From Acidobacteriota bacterium (GTDB taxonomy: Bacteria > Acidobacteriota > Thermoanaerobaculia > Gp7-AA8): a DNA stretch of 64,000 bases. The notes beneath the pieces are model-generated. The model made no database searches. It was not told the origin of the DNA and saw nothing but the letters and a program-made list of their open reading frames with translations. Position 1 is the stretch's first letter. Every line of letters begins with the position of its first letter. The stretch covers positions 160,001 through 224,000 of the forward strand of contig JAFATB010000014.1 in assembly GCA_019244185.1 (NCBI GenBank), read 5' to 3'. The translations under genes were made by a program, and so were the position numbers. Shown here in pieces: positions 36,464 through 46,568 of the stretch.

Positions 36464-37708
36464 ATGGATCGGGAAATCGCACAGGACGTTCGCACGCGGC
36501 GCACGATGCGGCGCGTCATCACCGTCGTCATCGCGCTGGCGGCGGTCGCGTTCTTCTTCGCCGCGACGGTGGCGTGGCTGCGGCCTTCCTTGCGGCGGAA
36601 CGATCTCGTCTTCGCGCGCGTCGAGCGCGGCTCGATCGAGGCGACGGTGCAGGCGAACGGTACGGTCGTCCCGCTCGTCGAGCAGGTCGTCTCCAGCCCC
36701 GTCGAGGCGCGCGTGCTGCGCATCGTGCACCGCGCCGGCGATCGCGTGCATGCGGGCGACGAGCTGCTGCAGCTCGACACCGCGGCCGCGAGCCTCGACG
36801 CCGCGCGGCTCACCGAGCGCGTCGCGCAGAAGGAAAGCGAAGACACGCAACTGCGTCTGCGGCTCGAGGACTCCGTCGCGAACACCGCCGCGCAGCTCGA
36901 ACAGAAGCGGCTCGACGCGCAGATCCTCCAGTACACCGCGCAGCAGAAGGGCAAGCTCGGCGCGGAAGGCCTCGCGACGCAGCAGGAAGTGCTCGCCGCG
37001 CAGGCGGCGGCGAAGAAGAGCGACATCGAGATCCGCCAGCTCGAGGAAGCGCTCGTGCGCGCGCGCCGTTCCGCCGCCGCGCAACTCTCCGCCTCCTCGA
37101 CCGACCTCGGCATCGCCCGCCGTGAGCGCGACGAGTCGCGCCGGCAGCTGGACCTCGCGATGCTGCGCGCCGACCGCGACGGCGTCGTCACGTGGGTCGT
37201 GCCCGACGAAGGCGCGACCGTGCGCCGCGGCGATCTCGTCGCGCGTATCGCCGACCTCTCCGCGTTCAAGGTCGTGGCCACGATCTCCGACATCCACGCC
37301 TCCGAACTCGCGCCGGGCATGCGCGCGCGCGTGAAGCTCGACGAGGCGAACGTCATCGGCGGCGCGGTCTCGAGCGTCGATCCGCGCATCGAGAACGGCG
37401 CGATGACGTTCACCGTCGCGCTCGACCGCGCGTCGCATCCGATGCTGCGCAACAACCTGCGCGTCGACGTCTTCACCGTCACCGGCCATCGCGCCGGCGT
37501 CCTCTCCGCGCAACGCGGCGTGCTCGGGCGGCGCGGCGAGGACTACGCGTTCGTCGTGCGCGGCGACGAGCTCGTACGCGTGCCCGCGCAGTTCGGCCTC
37601 GCCGGCGACGACCGCATCCAGATCGTCTCCGGCCTCCGCGAAGGAGACCTCGTCGTGGTCTCCGACATGAGCGACTACAAAGACGTGGCGCGCGTGCGCC
37701 TCAAGTAA
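36464..37708 (+). CDS. Efflux periplasmic adaptor (MFP, MacA/HlyD-like)
   Basis: N-terminal TM, VERGSI..ANGTV, coiled coil, lipoyl-like halves, QIVSGLREGD. Confidence 0.92.
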   Translation: MDREIAQDVRTRRTMRRVITVVIALAAVAFFFAATVAWLRPSLRRNDLVFARVERGSIEATVQANGTVVPLVEQVVSSPVEARVLRIVHRAGDRVHAGDELLQLDTAAASLDAARLTERVAQKESEDTQLRLRLEDSVANTAAQLEQKRLDAQILQYTAQQKGKLGAEGLATQQEVLAAQAAAKKSDIEIRQLEEALVRARRSAAAQLSASSTDLGIARRERDESRRQLDLAMLRADRDGVVTWVVPDEGATVRRGDLVARIADLSAFKVVATISDIHASELAPGMRARVKLDEANVIGGAVSSVDPRIENGAMTFTVALDRASHPMLRNNLRVDVFTVTGHRAGVLSAQRGVLGRRGEDYAFVVRGDELVRVPAQFGLAGDDRIQIVSGLREGDLVVVSDMSDYKDVARVRLK

Positions 37709-37725
37709 TCGAAGGAGAAACCGTC

Positions 37726-38391
37726 ATGATCAAGTTGAACAACGTCGAGAAGGTCTATCGCACCGACCGCGTCGAGACGCTCGCGCTGCAGAACATCAAC
37801 CTCGACATCGCGCCCGGCGAGTTCGTGTCGATGATGGGACCGTCCGGCTGCGGCAAGAGCACGCTGCTGAACCTCATCGGCCTGCTCGACGCGCCGACGG
37901 CGGGCGAGCTGGAGCTCGACCGCCAGAAAGTCCGCGGCTGGCGCGACGGCGACCTCGCGCGCTTCCGCAACGAGAAGCTCGGCTTCGTCTTCCAGAGCTT
38001 CCATCTCGTCCCCGATTTGAAAGTGGTCGACAATGTCGAGATCCCGCTGCTCTATCGCAAGGGCAGCACGGCCGCCCGACGCAAGGCCGCGCGCGAGGCG
38101 CTCGACCGCGTCGGCCTCAGCTCGCGCGTCACGCACTTTCCGACGCAGCTCTCCGGCGGCCAGCAGCAGCGTGTGGCCATCGCGCGCGCCATCGTCGGCA
38201 AGCCGCGCATCCTCCTCGCCGACGAGCCGACCGGCAACCTCGACTCGGCCATGGGCGAGGAGATCATGGACATCCTCCACGACCTGAACAAGAAGGACGG
38301 CACGACCATCGTCATGGTCACGCACGACGAGCGCTTCGCGCGCCGCACCGACCGCATCGTGCGCCTCTTCGACGGACGGCAGGTGGCGTGA
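37726..38391 (+). CDS. ABC transporter ATP-binding subunit (MacB/LolD-like)
   Basis: GPSGCGKST, GFVFQSFHL, LSGGQQQR, LADEPTGNLD, VTHD; GAAGGAG RBS. Confidence 0.96.
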   Translation: MIKLNNVEKVYRTDRVETLALQNINLDIAPGEFVSMMGPSGCGKSTLLNLIGLLDAPTAGELELDRQKVRGWRDGDLARFRNEKLGFVFQSFHLVPDLKVVDNVEIPLLYRKGSTAARRKAAREALDRVGLSSRVTHFPTQLSGGQQQRVAIARAIVGKPRILLADEPTGNLDSAMGEEIMDILHDLNKKDGTTIVMVTHDERFARRTDRIVRLFDGRQVA

Positions 38392-39629
38392 TGATCGGCA
38401 ACTACATCAAGCTCGCGCTGAAGGTGCTGCAGCGGCGGAAGTTCTTCACCTTCATCTCGCTGTTCGGCATCTGCCTCACGCTCGTCGTGCTGATGGTGGC
38501 CACGGCGATCCTCGACAACCTCTTCTCGCCGCGCGCGCCGGAGTCGCGCTTCGGACGCACGCTCTGCGTCTACACGATCGCGATCTTCGGCGACTCGTAC
38601 TCCACGACCGGCACGCCGGGCTACGGCTTCGTCAACGAGTACGTGCGCAATCTGCCCGGTGCCGAGGCGACGTCGGCGTTCTCGAACTTCTCGGGGACGG
38701 CGTTCTTTCATCAGGGGCGCAAGATCGAGAGCAACATCAAGCGCACCGACGGCGCGTACTGGAAAATCCTCGACTTCCACTTCCTCGAAGGCGCGCCGTT
38801 CACGCAGGAAGACGACGACCGCGGCAACTTCGTCGCGGTGATCACCTCGGATCTGCGCCGGAAGTTGTTCGGTGGCGCGTCCGCGATCGGCAAGACGTTC
38901 ACGGTCGAAGGGCAGACCTTCCGCGTCGTCGGCGTCGTGCCGCCGGTGCCGATCACGCGCATCGCGGCGTTCTCGGAGATCTGGGTTCCCATCCACACGC
39001 AGAAGCGCGCGGGGTGGGCGACGCAGATGACCGGCGAGTACAACGGTCTCGTGCTCGCGCGCAGCACCGCAGACTTCCCGCGGCTGCGGCGCGAGTTCGC
39101 GCAGCGGCTGACGCATTTCCGGTTCGAGAAGAACTACGACCACGTGAACGTCGGTCTCGACACGCCGTTCGAGGCGTTCGCGCGCTCGCTCAGCGATCAG
39201 CGCAAATACAACACGCAGACGCCGCTGCGGGTGAAGCTGATCCTGCTCGCGATCGCGCTGCTCTTCATCACGCTGCCGACCATGAACCTCGTCAGCATCA
39301 ACCTCTCGCGCATTCTCGAGCGCTCGTCGGAGATCGGCGTGCGGAAGGCGTTCGGCGCGTCGTCGCGCGCTCTGGTCGGGCAGTTCCTCGTCGAGAACGT
39401 CGTGCTGACGATCATCGGCGGCGCGTTCGGCTTCGCGCTTGCGGTGGCCATCCTCTCCGCGCTCACGAACGCGGATCTCATTCCGTACGCGGTGTTCGAC
39501 GTGAACCTGCGCATCTTTTTGTACGGCGTCGCCATCGCCGCCGTCTTCGGCGCGATCTCCGGCGTCTATCCGGCCTGGAGGATGTCGCGCATGCATCCGG
39601 TGAACGCGCTGCGTGGAGGTGTTCAGTGA
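38391..39629 (+). CDS. MacB/FtsX-type ABC permease
   Basis: RKFFTFISLFGI, periplasmic domain, EIGVRKAFGAS, GVYPAWRMS..PVNALR. Confidence 0.93.
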   Translation: MIGNYIKLALKVLQRRKFFTFISLFGICLTLVVLMVATAILDNLFSPRAPESRFGRTLCVYTIAIFGDSYSTTGTPGYGFVNEYVRNLPGAEATSAFSNFSGTAFFHQGRKIESNIKRTDGAYWKILDFHFLEGAPFTQEDDDRGNFVAVITSDLRRKLFGGASAIGKTFTVEGQTFRVVGVVPPVPITRIAAFSEIWVPIHTQKRAGWATQMTGEYNGLVLARSTADFPRLRREFAQRLTHFRFEKNYDHVNVGLDTPFEAFARSLSDQRKYNTQTPLRVKLILLAIALLFITLPTMNLVSINLSRILERSSEIGVRKAFGASSRALVGQFLVENVVLTIIGGAFGFALAVAILSALTNADLIPYAVFDVNLRIFLYGVAIAAVFGAISGVYPAWRMSRMHPVNALRGGVQ

Positions 39630-40822
39630 CTCGTCATCTGCTGAAGCTCGTTTGGAATCGCAAGCGCACGAACGCGCTGATCGTCGCGGAGATCTTCATC
39701 TCGCTGCTGGTGATCTTCGCCGTGCTCGCCGGCGCGGTGAACTTCGCCACGAACTGGCGGCGCCCGCTCGGCTACGACTATCACGACGTCTGGAACATCC
39801 GCGCCGATCTCGAGCACGAGGAGAACCCGGAGAAGAACCCGCACATGCACGAGTCGATGATGCACGTGCTGCACGAGGCTCAGTCGTTCCCCGAGGTCGT
39901 CGCCGCGGCGGGATCGAACACGCCGGCGTACGGCTTCTCGACCGACTCGAACGGCACGGACATGAACGGACACTACGTCGACCTGATCGTCGACGACGTG
40001 ACGGACGACTTCACGCGCACGATGCAGTTGCACGTCCTGCGCGGACGCTTCTTCACCCGCGAGGACGACGCCGCGCAGTACCGCCCCGCGGTTGTCGACG
40101 AGAACACCGCGCGGTCGCTCTTCGGCACACTCGACGTCGTCGGGCGCAAGATCACGTGGAAAGACACGCCCGAGGACACGCTGCGGATCGTCGGCGTGGT
40201 CAGTGGCTACCGCAAGGCGGGCGAGACGAGCGATCCGGTCAACATGGTCTTCCGCCGCGTGGCGCCCGATCACAAGTTCGGCGGGCTCATTCGCAACATC
40301 ATCGTGCGCGTGCGTCCCGGCACGAGCGCGGCGTTCGAGGAGACGCTGCTCAATCGCCTGCAGGCCGCCGCGCCCGACATGTCGTTCCGCCTGCAGCACA
40401 TGGACCGCATGCGCCGCGACGCGCTGCGTTTGTATCTCGCGCCGGTGGTGTTGCTGAGCGTCATCGCGCTGTTCCTCATCTCGATGGTGACTCTGGGACT
40501 GACGGGCGTGCTCTGGCAGAACGTCACGCGCCGCACGCGCGAGATCGGCCTGCGCCGCGCCACCGGCGCGACCGGCAGCCGCGTGCATCGCCAGATCCTC
40601 GGCGAGGTGCTGCTGCTGGCCAGCATCGCCTGCGCGATCGGCGTCGTCGTGATCCTGCAGCTGCCGATCCTCGGCGCGTTCCGCGTCGTCACGCCGGCGT
40701 CGTTCACAACGGGACTCATCGGCGCACTTGCGGCGATTTACGCGCTGACGCTACTTTGCGGGCTCTATCCCAGCTGGCTCGCCTCGCGGCTGCAACCCGC
40801 GGACGCGCTGCGTTACGAGTGA
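39626..40822 (+). CDS. MacB/FtsX-type ABC permease
   Basis: HLLKLVWNRKR, REIGLRRATGA, YPSWLASRLQPADALRYE; GTGA overlap. Confidence 0.93.
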   Translation: MTRHLLKLVWNRKRTNALIVAEIFISLLVIFAVLAGAVNFATNWRRPLGYDYHDVWNIRADLEHEENPEKNPHMHESMMHVLHEAQSFPEVVAAAGSNTPAYGFSTDSNGTDMNGHYVDLIVDDVTDDFTRTMQLHVLRGRFFTREDDAAQYRPAVVDENTARSLFGTLDVVGRKITWKDTPEDTLRIVGVVSGYRKAGETSDPVNMVFRRVAPDHKFGGLIRNIIVRVRPGTSAAFEETLLNRLQAAAPDMSFRLQHMDRMRRDALRLYLAPVVLLSVIALFLISMVTLGLTGVLWQNVTRRTREIGLRRATGATGSRVHRQILGEVLLLASIACAIGVVVILQLPILGAFRVVTPASFTTGLIGALAAIYALTLLCGLYPSWLASRLQPADALRYE

Positions 40823-40826
40823 TGGT

Positions 40827-42200
40827 TTGAACGAAGCGATTCTCATCGTCGACGACGACGCGTCGATCACCGCGTCGCTGGCCCTGCTGCTCAAGCAGCA
40901 CGGCTACCGTTCGGTGTCGGCGCATTCGCCGGTCGAGGCGCTCGCGGCATTGAGCCGCGAGCGCCCCTTGCTCGTGCTGCAGGACATGAACTTCAGCCGG
41001 CAGACGAGCGGCGACGAGGGGCTCGAACTCCTCGCGCGCATCCGCGCCGCCGATCCGCTGCTGCCCGTGATTCTCATCACCGCGTGGGGCTCGATCGCTT
41101 TGGCCGTGGAAGGGATGAAGCGCGGCGCGTCCGACTTCATCACCAAGCCGTGGGAGAACGCGACGGTGCTGCGGTCGGTCGAGACCGCGCTGAAGCTCGC
41201 CGGCACGGCGGAAGAACAGCACCTCACGCGCGCGGAACTCGACGAGCGTTACGACTTCTCGAATCTCATCGGCAACGATCCGAAGATCGTGCGGCTGCTG
41301 GAGATGATCGGCCGCGTCGCCGCCACCGACGCGTCCGTGCTCGTCACCGGCGAGAGCGGCACGGGCAAGGAGCTGGTCGCGGAGGCGCTGCACCGCAACG
41401 GCCGGCGCCGCGGCGGGCCGTTCGTCAAAGTCAACCTCGGCGGCATCTCCGCGACGCTCTTTGAAAGTGAGATGTTCGGCCACGTGCGCGGCGCGTTCAC
41501 GGACGCGCGCGAGTCGCGACGCGGTCGCTTCGAGCTCGCGGACGGCGGCACGATCTTCCTCGACGAGATCGGCGAGCTCGAAGCGGCGTCGCAGGTGAAG
41601 CTGCTGCGCGTGCTGCAGGACCGGACGTTCGAGGTGTTGGGATCGAGCCGCCCGCGCGCGGTCGACGTGCGCGTCGTCGCGGCGACGAACCGGCAGCTGC
41701 ACGATCTCGTCGAGCGCGGCGAGTTCCGCGAAGACCTGCTTTATCGGCTCAATCTCATCAACATCCATCTGCCGCCGCTGCGCGACCGGCGGGGCGATGT
41801 GCCGCGGCTCGCGAATCATTTCCTGCGGCTGGCGAACGAGGCCTATCGCGCGAACGTCGAGACGATCACGCCGCGCGCGATGGAGTGGCTGCGCGCGCAG
41901 CCGTGGCCGGGCAACATCCGCCAGCTGCGGCAGACCATCGACCGCGCGGTGCTGATCCGCGGCGGCCCGTCGCTCGACGTCGACGACTTCTTCGCCGTGC
42001 GCGACGCGGCGTCGAGCGACCGGCGCGAGGTGGCGCTGCCGGAAGCGGGCACGATCACGCTTGACGAGCTCGAAAAGAAGATGATCGTGAAGTGCATGGC
42101 GCACTACGACGGCAACGTCTCGCGGGCCGCGGAGGCGCTCGGCCTCTCGCGCGCGGCGCTGTACCGCCGGCTCGAGAAGTACGGGATCAGCGCGGAATGA
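40827..42200 (+). CDS. Sigma54-dependent response regulator (NtrC family)
   Basis: REC domain, GESGTGKE, GAFTDA, FLDEIG, WPGNIRQL, Fis-type HTH. Confidence 0.96.
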   Translation: MNEAILIVDDDASITASLALLLKQHGYRSVSAHSPVEALAALSRERPLLVLQDMNFSRQTSGDEGLELLARIRAADPLLPVILITAWGSIALAVEGMKRGASDFITKPWENATVLRSVETALKLAGTAEEQHLTRAELDERYDFSNLIGNDPKIVRLLEMIGRVAATDASVLVTGESGTGKELVAEALHRNGRRRGGPFVKVNLGGISATLFESEMFGHVRGAFTDARESRRGRFELADGGTIFLDEIGELEAASQVKLLRVLQDRTFEVLGSSRPRAVDVRVVAATNRQLHDLVERGEFREDLLYRLNLINIHLPPLRDRRGDVPRLANHFLRLANEAYRANVETITPRAMEWLRAQPWPGNIRQLRQTIDRAVLIRGGPSLDVDDFFAVRDAASSDRREVALPEAGTITLDELEKKMIVKCMAHYDGNVSRAAEALGLSRAALYRRLEKYGISAE

Positions 42201-43459
42201 CGCTGCGCGCGAAGATCCTCGCGTACATCATCGCCGTGCACGTCGCGCTCGGCGCGGCGGCGTGGTTCGTCATCGACGCGTGGTTCAACGTCTCGGAGCT
42301 GCGCTTCCTGCTCTTCGCGGTCGAGGCGTTGTTCGTGCTGTCCATCGCCATCAGCGCGCGCCTCATGCGCGCGCTCTTCGTGCCGATCGACGTGCTGCGC
42401 ACCGGCGCGGAACTGCTCGCCGAGCGCGACTTCACGTCGCACTTCGCGCCGGTGGGGCAGCCGGAGTTCGACGCGCTCGTCGACGTCTACAACCGCATGG
42501 CCGAACGGCTGCGCGAGGAACGGCTCGGCGCGGAAGAACAGCATCAGCTGCTCGAGAAGATCGTCGAGGCGTCGCCGGCCGGCATCGTGATCTGCGACTT
42601 CGACGGCAACATCGCGCGCGCGAATCCCGCGGCGGAACGGCTGCTGACGCCGGAGCTGCGCAGCGAGCTCGCGACCGTCGCGACGGGCGAGTCGCGCCTG
42701 GTCACGAACCGCGGCGCGCGGCGCGTGCGCGTGCGGCGCGCGGAATTCCGCGACCGCGGTTTCGCCAAGAGCTTCTTCGTCATCGAAGAGCTGACCGAGG
42801 AGCTGCGGCTGTCGGAGAAAGCGGCGTATGAAAAGCTCATTCGGATGATGTCGCACGAGGTGAACAACTCTGTCGGCGCGGTGCGGTCGCTGCTCGAGTC
42901 GTCGCTGCGCTACGCGCCGCAGGTCGGCGAGGCGGACCGCGACGACTTCGCGAACGCCCTGCAGGTCGCCTCCGCGCGCATGGACGCGCTGAACCGCTTC
43001 ATGGCCGCGTTTGCGGAAGTGGTGCGCATCCCGCCGCCGGCGAAGACGCGTACGAACGTCGCCGAGCTGGTCGAGCGCGTCGCCGCGCTGCTGCGTCCCG
43101 AGCTCGCGCGGCGCGCGATCGCGCTCGACCTGAAGCTCGACGACCGCCGCGCGTTCGACGTCGATCCCAACCAGCTCGAGCAGGTCGTGCTCAACATCTT
43201 CCGCAACGCGATCGACGCCGTCGCACGCGACGGCGCCGTGTTCGTGACGTTACGCGACGGCGTGCTGGCCATCGGCGACACCGGCCCCGGCATCGCCGGC
43301 TCCGTCCGCTCCGAGCTCTTCACGCCGTTCTTCACCACCAAGCGCGACGGCCGCGGCCTCGGCCTCACGATCGTCCAGGAAATTCTCGCCAACCACGGCC
43401 TCGCCTTTTCGCTGGAGAACCGTCCCGGCGGAGGAGCGGAGTTCCGGATCGCGTTCTAG
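42197..43459 (+). CDS. Sensor histidine kinase (HAMP/PAS)
   Basis: Two TMs, HEVNNS H-box, NIFRNA, DTGPG, PFFTTK..GRGLGL. Confidence 0.94.
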   Translation: MTLRAKILAYIIAVHVALGAAAWFVIDAWFNVSELRFLLFAVEALFVLSIAISARLMRALFVPIDVLRTGAELLAERDFTSHFAPVGQPEFDALVDVYNRMAERLREERLGAEEQHQLLEKIVEASPAGIVICDFDGNIARANPAAERLLTPELRSELATVATGESRLVTNRGARRVRVRRAEFRDRGFAKSFFVIEELTEELRLSEKAAYEKLIRMMSHEVNNSVGAVRSLLESSLRYAPQVGEADRDDFANALQVASARMDALNRFMAAFAEVVRIPPPAKTRTNVAELVERVAALLRPELARRAIALDLKLDDRRAFDVDPNQLEQVVLNIFRNAIDAVARDGAVFVTLRDGVLAIGDTGPGIAGSVRSELFTPFFTTKRDGRGLGLTIVQEILANHGLAFSLENRPGGGAEFRIAF

Positions 43460-43461
43460 CC

Positions 43462-44415
43462 TTACTTCGCGACGAGGATCTGCTCGATCAGCGACAGCGC
43501 GCGCGGGTCGTTCGTCTGCGCGAGCCAGAACATGGCGCGCTCGCGAACCTTGCGGCTCTTGTTCTTCTTCACGAGATCGATGAGCAGCGGCACGGAGCGG
43601 TCGGCGGGCAGCTGCGAGATGGCGAAGACGGCCTGTTCTCTCACCGAGTCGTCGGGGTCTTCGTCGACGGCGCGGCGCAGCTCCGCCGCGGCTTTCGCGC
43701 CTGCTTTCTGGCCGAGCCAGAAGAGCGACTCGCGGCGGACGTCGGAGCGCGGATGATGCCGCGCGAAGTCGATGAGCGCTTCGGTCGCGCCGACGCCTTT
43801 CGATTCGGAGAGCGAGAACACCGCGCGCTTCTGTAGCGACCCGTTGTCGCCGTCGCGGATGAAGTCCGTGAGAAAGCGCGCGCCGCGATCGCCGCCCTGC
43901 TGGCCGATCCAGAAGAGGGCGTCCTCGCGGATGCGGTTCGTGTACTTTGCGCCGCTCAGCGCCTCGAGGCGCGGCTCGGCCGCGGGGCTGTCGTGCATGG
44001 CGATCGCGGCGAGCATCGACGAACGGTCGCTGCCGTCGCGCTCGACCTGTTCCGCGAGGAAGTCGATGCTCTCCTCGGGTGTCGGCGAGAGCCACTGTAG
44101 TCCCGCGCGCTGCACCGGGCAGTCGCCGTCGACGAGACGCAGCCGTTCGACGGTGGCGCCGTTCATCTTCGCGACGACCGTCATCGTGCCGCTGGAGGCG
44201 ACGTCGTCGCGCGTGGAGAAGCCGTGCGACTCGAGATCGCAGTCGCAGCACCCGCGGCCGCCGCGGTCGTAGTTGCAGCAGATCGAAGCGTGGCCGGACA
44301 TCGGCACCTTCCACGCGACCCACGCCGCACCGGCGGGGATCGTGAGTCGCGCGGAAGCGGAGAGCGCGAGGGCGAACGTGGCGGCGAGGAGCAACGTCAG
44401 GCGCGTGGTCTTCAT
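43462..44415 (-). CDS. Secreted HEAT-repeat protein
   Basis: Signal peptide; repeats IREDALFWIGQ / VRRESLFWLGQ / VREQAVFAISQ / VRERAMFWLAQ; Cys-rich N-terminal segment. Confidence 0.85.
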   Translation of the reverse strand: MKTTRLTLLLAATFALALSASARLTIPAGAAWVAWKVPMSGHASICCNYDRGGRGCCDCDLESHGFSTRDDVASSGTMTVVAKMNGATVERLRLVDGDCPVQRAGLQWLSPTPEESIDFLAEQVERDGSDRSSMLAAIAMHDSPAAEPRLEALSGAKYTNRIREDALFWIGQQGGDRGARFLTDFIRDGDNGSLQKRAVFSLSESKGVGATEALIDFARHHPRSDVRRESLFWLGQKAGAKAAAELRRAVDEDPDDSVREQAVFAISQLPADRSVPLLIDLVKKNKSRKVRERAMFWLAQTNDPRALSLIEQILVAK

Positions 44416-44424
44416 CGTCTACTC

Positions 44425-45693
44425 CTATTCCTGATCGAGGATCTGCAGCATGTAGTCGACGGCGTCCTTGTCGTTCATCACGGAAAGCTTCTCGAGCGCG
44501 TCGTGCTTGAGCTCGCGGTTCGTCTCTTTCTTCACGATGTCGATGAGCGCCTTCGCGTTGTCTTGCACGAAGAGGCCTTCGATGACGGCGCGCTTCACGC
44601 TCATGCTCGGGTCGCTGCTGTAGAGCTGGAGAAGGAGCGGCGCGGTGTGCTTGCCCATGAGGCCGAGCTTGCGGATCGCGTCGGCGCGAAGCTCCACGTC
44701 TTTCTCGCCGCGCGCGAGCTCGCTCATGCGCTGCGAGTCGCCGGCGACGAAGAGCGCCTCGATGATGGCCTCGCGCACGTTGCGCGCGGTTTCGTTCGCG
44801 TAGAGCGAGGCCAGCTCGCCGCGCGCGTTCATGACGCCGAGGGTGCGGATCGCTTCCTCGCGGAGATCGGCGTCCTTCTCGGAACGCGCGGCGTTGACGA
44901 CGCGCGCCTCGTCGCCGGCGATCATGAAGGCCTGCAGCACTTCCTTCTTCACCTCGCGCGATGCGGAGGAGGAGTAGAGCTCGGCGAGGAGCTGGCGGTT
45001 GTGCTCCGTGCCCTGGATGCCGAGGTACTTCACGACGGACTTCTGGAGCTCGGGATTGGTCGTGCCGCGGGCGATCGACGAGATGAGCTGCTGCGCGCGC
45101 GGAGAGTCGGACTGGCTGAGGATGAACAGCGCCTGATCCTTGACCTTGTGCGAGGCATTGCTGCGCAGGATCTTGTCGAGCAGCGGATACGCGCGCTCGG
45201 GATCGGTGTTCATCAGCGAGTTGATGGCCATGATCTTCAGCTCGTCGTCCTCGACATGCTCGGGCGCGACGCGCTCGCCGCCGGCCTGGCGCACTTCGAG
45301 ATCGAGCGCGCGCGCGTCGTCGAGCCACTTGCTCTGCGGATACGCTTTCTTCAGCGTGGCCACGGTCTGCAGCGCCTCGCCGCGGCGCCCGAGCTTCGCC
45401 AGCGCGTACGCGGTCCAGTAAAGGGCGCCGTCGGCGCGCTTGCCTTTCATCTCCGCGACCTGCGAGAAGTACTTGATCGCGTCTTCCCACTCGCCGTCGT
45501 CGATGGCGTCGGTGCCGTCGCCGTAGAGATCGCTCTCGCGTTCGGCGCGCTCGCCTTTTTCACCTTGTTCGGCGGAGGCGTCGACGTACGCGTACGCTTC
45601 GGCATCGGCATTCCAGTTGGCGAGCAGCTTGGTTGCGTTGCCGCTCAGGAGGAGGACGGCGAAGATTGCCGCGAGAATCGTTTTCGTGTTCAT
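44425..45693 (-). CDS. Secreted TPR + HEAT-repeat protein
   Basis: Signal-like N-terminus, ADGALYWTAYAL..YPQSKW TPR, then HEAT repeats (LREEAIRTLG, LRADAIRKLG). Confidence 0.85.
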   Translation of the reverse strand: MNTKTILAAIFAVLLLSGNATKLLANWNADAEAYAYVDASAEQGEKGERAERESDLYGDGTDAIDDGEWEDAIKYFSQVAEMKGKRADGALYWTAYALAKLGRRGEALQTVATLKKAYPQSKWLDDARALDLEVRQAGGERVAPEHVEDDELKIMAINSLMNTDPERAYPLLDKILRSNASHKVKDQALFILSQSDSPRAQQLISSIARGTTNPELQKSVVKYLGIQGTEHNRQLLAELYSSSASREVKKEVLQAFMIAGDEARVVNAARSEKDADLREEAIRTLGVMNARGELASLYANETARNVREAIIEALFVAGDSQRMSELARGEKDVELRADAIRKLGLMGKHTAPLLLQLYSSDPSMSVKRAVIEGLFVQDNAKALIDIVKKETNRELKHDALEKLSVMNDKDAVDYMLQILDQE

Positions 45694-45707
45694 GGTCGTG
45701 CTCCCGT

Positions 45708-46568
45708 TCATACGCTTGGTTGCTGAATCGGCATCCGCTCCTGCGTGCGCACGCCGGCGCGCACGACGCGGAGCTTGAAGACGAGTCCCTTCGCCGCGAC
45801 GCGCTTCTGGATCCGCCGAAGCTCGTTCGGCGAGAGGTCGTCGGGCGCATGGGCGATCTGCAGCAGCACCGGCTCGAGCTCGCCGAGGAGCGTGGCCACG
45901 TTCTCCTCGCCGCGATCGGTGGCGGTGCGTCTGTAAAGTCGATTGCTGGCGAGCAGCGCCTCGGCGTGCTCGCGTTCGTTGCTGATATCCACCGTGCCTT
46001 CGCCCGGCGTGAGGTTCGTCAACTCGACGAGCACGCGTTCGGACTGGTCGAAGTGATCGCCGACGACGACGAGGAGGATGCGCTCCTTGCCGCCGCCGGT
46101 CGCGTCATTGGCGCGGTTCGGGTTGTTGCTCGCCGTGGCGAACGGCGCGTTCTGCTGCGACGTCGCATGCGGCGCGGTGGTCGTCGGCGAAGTCGTGGTC
46201 GATGACGCCGGCGTGGCGACGCGCGCGACCTGCTGCTGCTCCTGCTGCGGCGTGCGCCGCCACACCATGCCGGTGCAGAAGCCCATGCCCGCGACGGCGG
46301 CAACAGCCGTCCACTTCACGATCGCAGGCGTGAGACGCGCGCGGCGCTTCTCGCCGCGAAGGCGCCAGCGGAGTCGATCCCAGACGCGCGCCTCATAGTC
46401 GGCGCCGGGGTCCGGCACCTCGTACGGCGTCACGGTGTCGAGCGTCGCCGCGAGGCGGCCGAGCTCGGACTGGCACTCCGCGCACTGCGCGAGATGCGCC
46501 TCGTGCACGGCCGCTTCCGGCTCGCCGTAGTAGATGAGGATGAGGTCTTCCTGAGTGAGGTGATTCAT
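45708..46568 (-). CDS. Zinc-finger anti-sigma factor
   Basis: HLAQCAEC (HxxxCxxC), TM segment, directly downstream of ECF sigma. Confidence 0.85.
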   Translation of the reverse strand: MNHLTQEDLILIYYGEPEAAVHEAHLAQCAECQSELGRLAATLDTVTPYEVPDPGADYEARVWDRLRWRLRGEKRRARLTPAIVKWTAVAAVAGMGFCTGMVWRRTPQQEQQQVARVATPASSTTTSPTTTAPHATSQQNAPFATASNNPNRANDATGGGKERILLVVVGDHFDQSERVLVELTNLTPGEGTVDISNEREHAEALLASNRLYRRTATDRGEENVATLLGELEPVLLQIAHAPDDLSPNELRRIQKRVAAKGLVFKLRVVRAGVRTQERMPIQQPSV

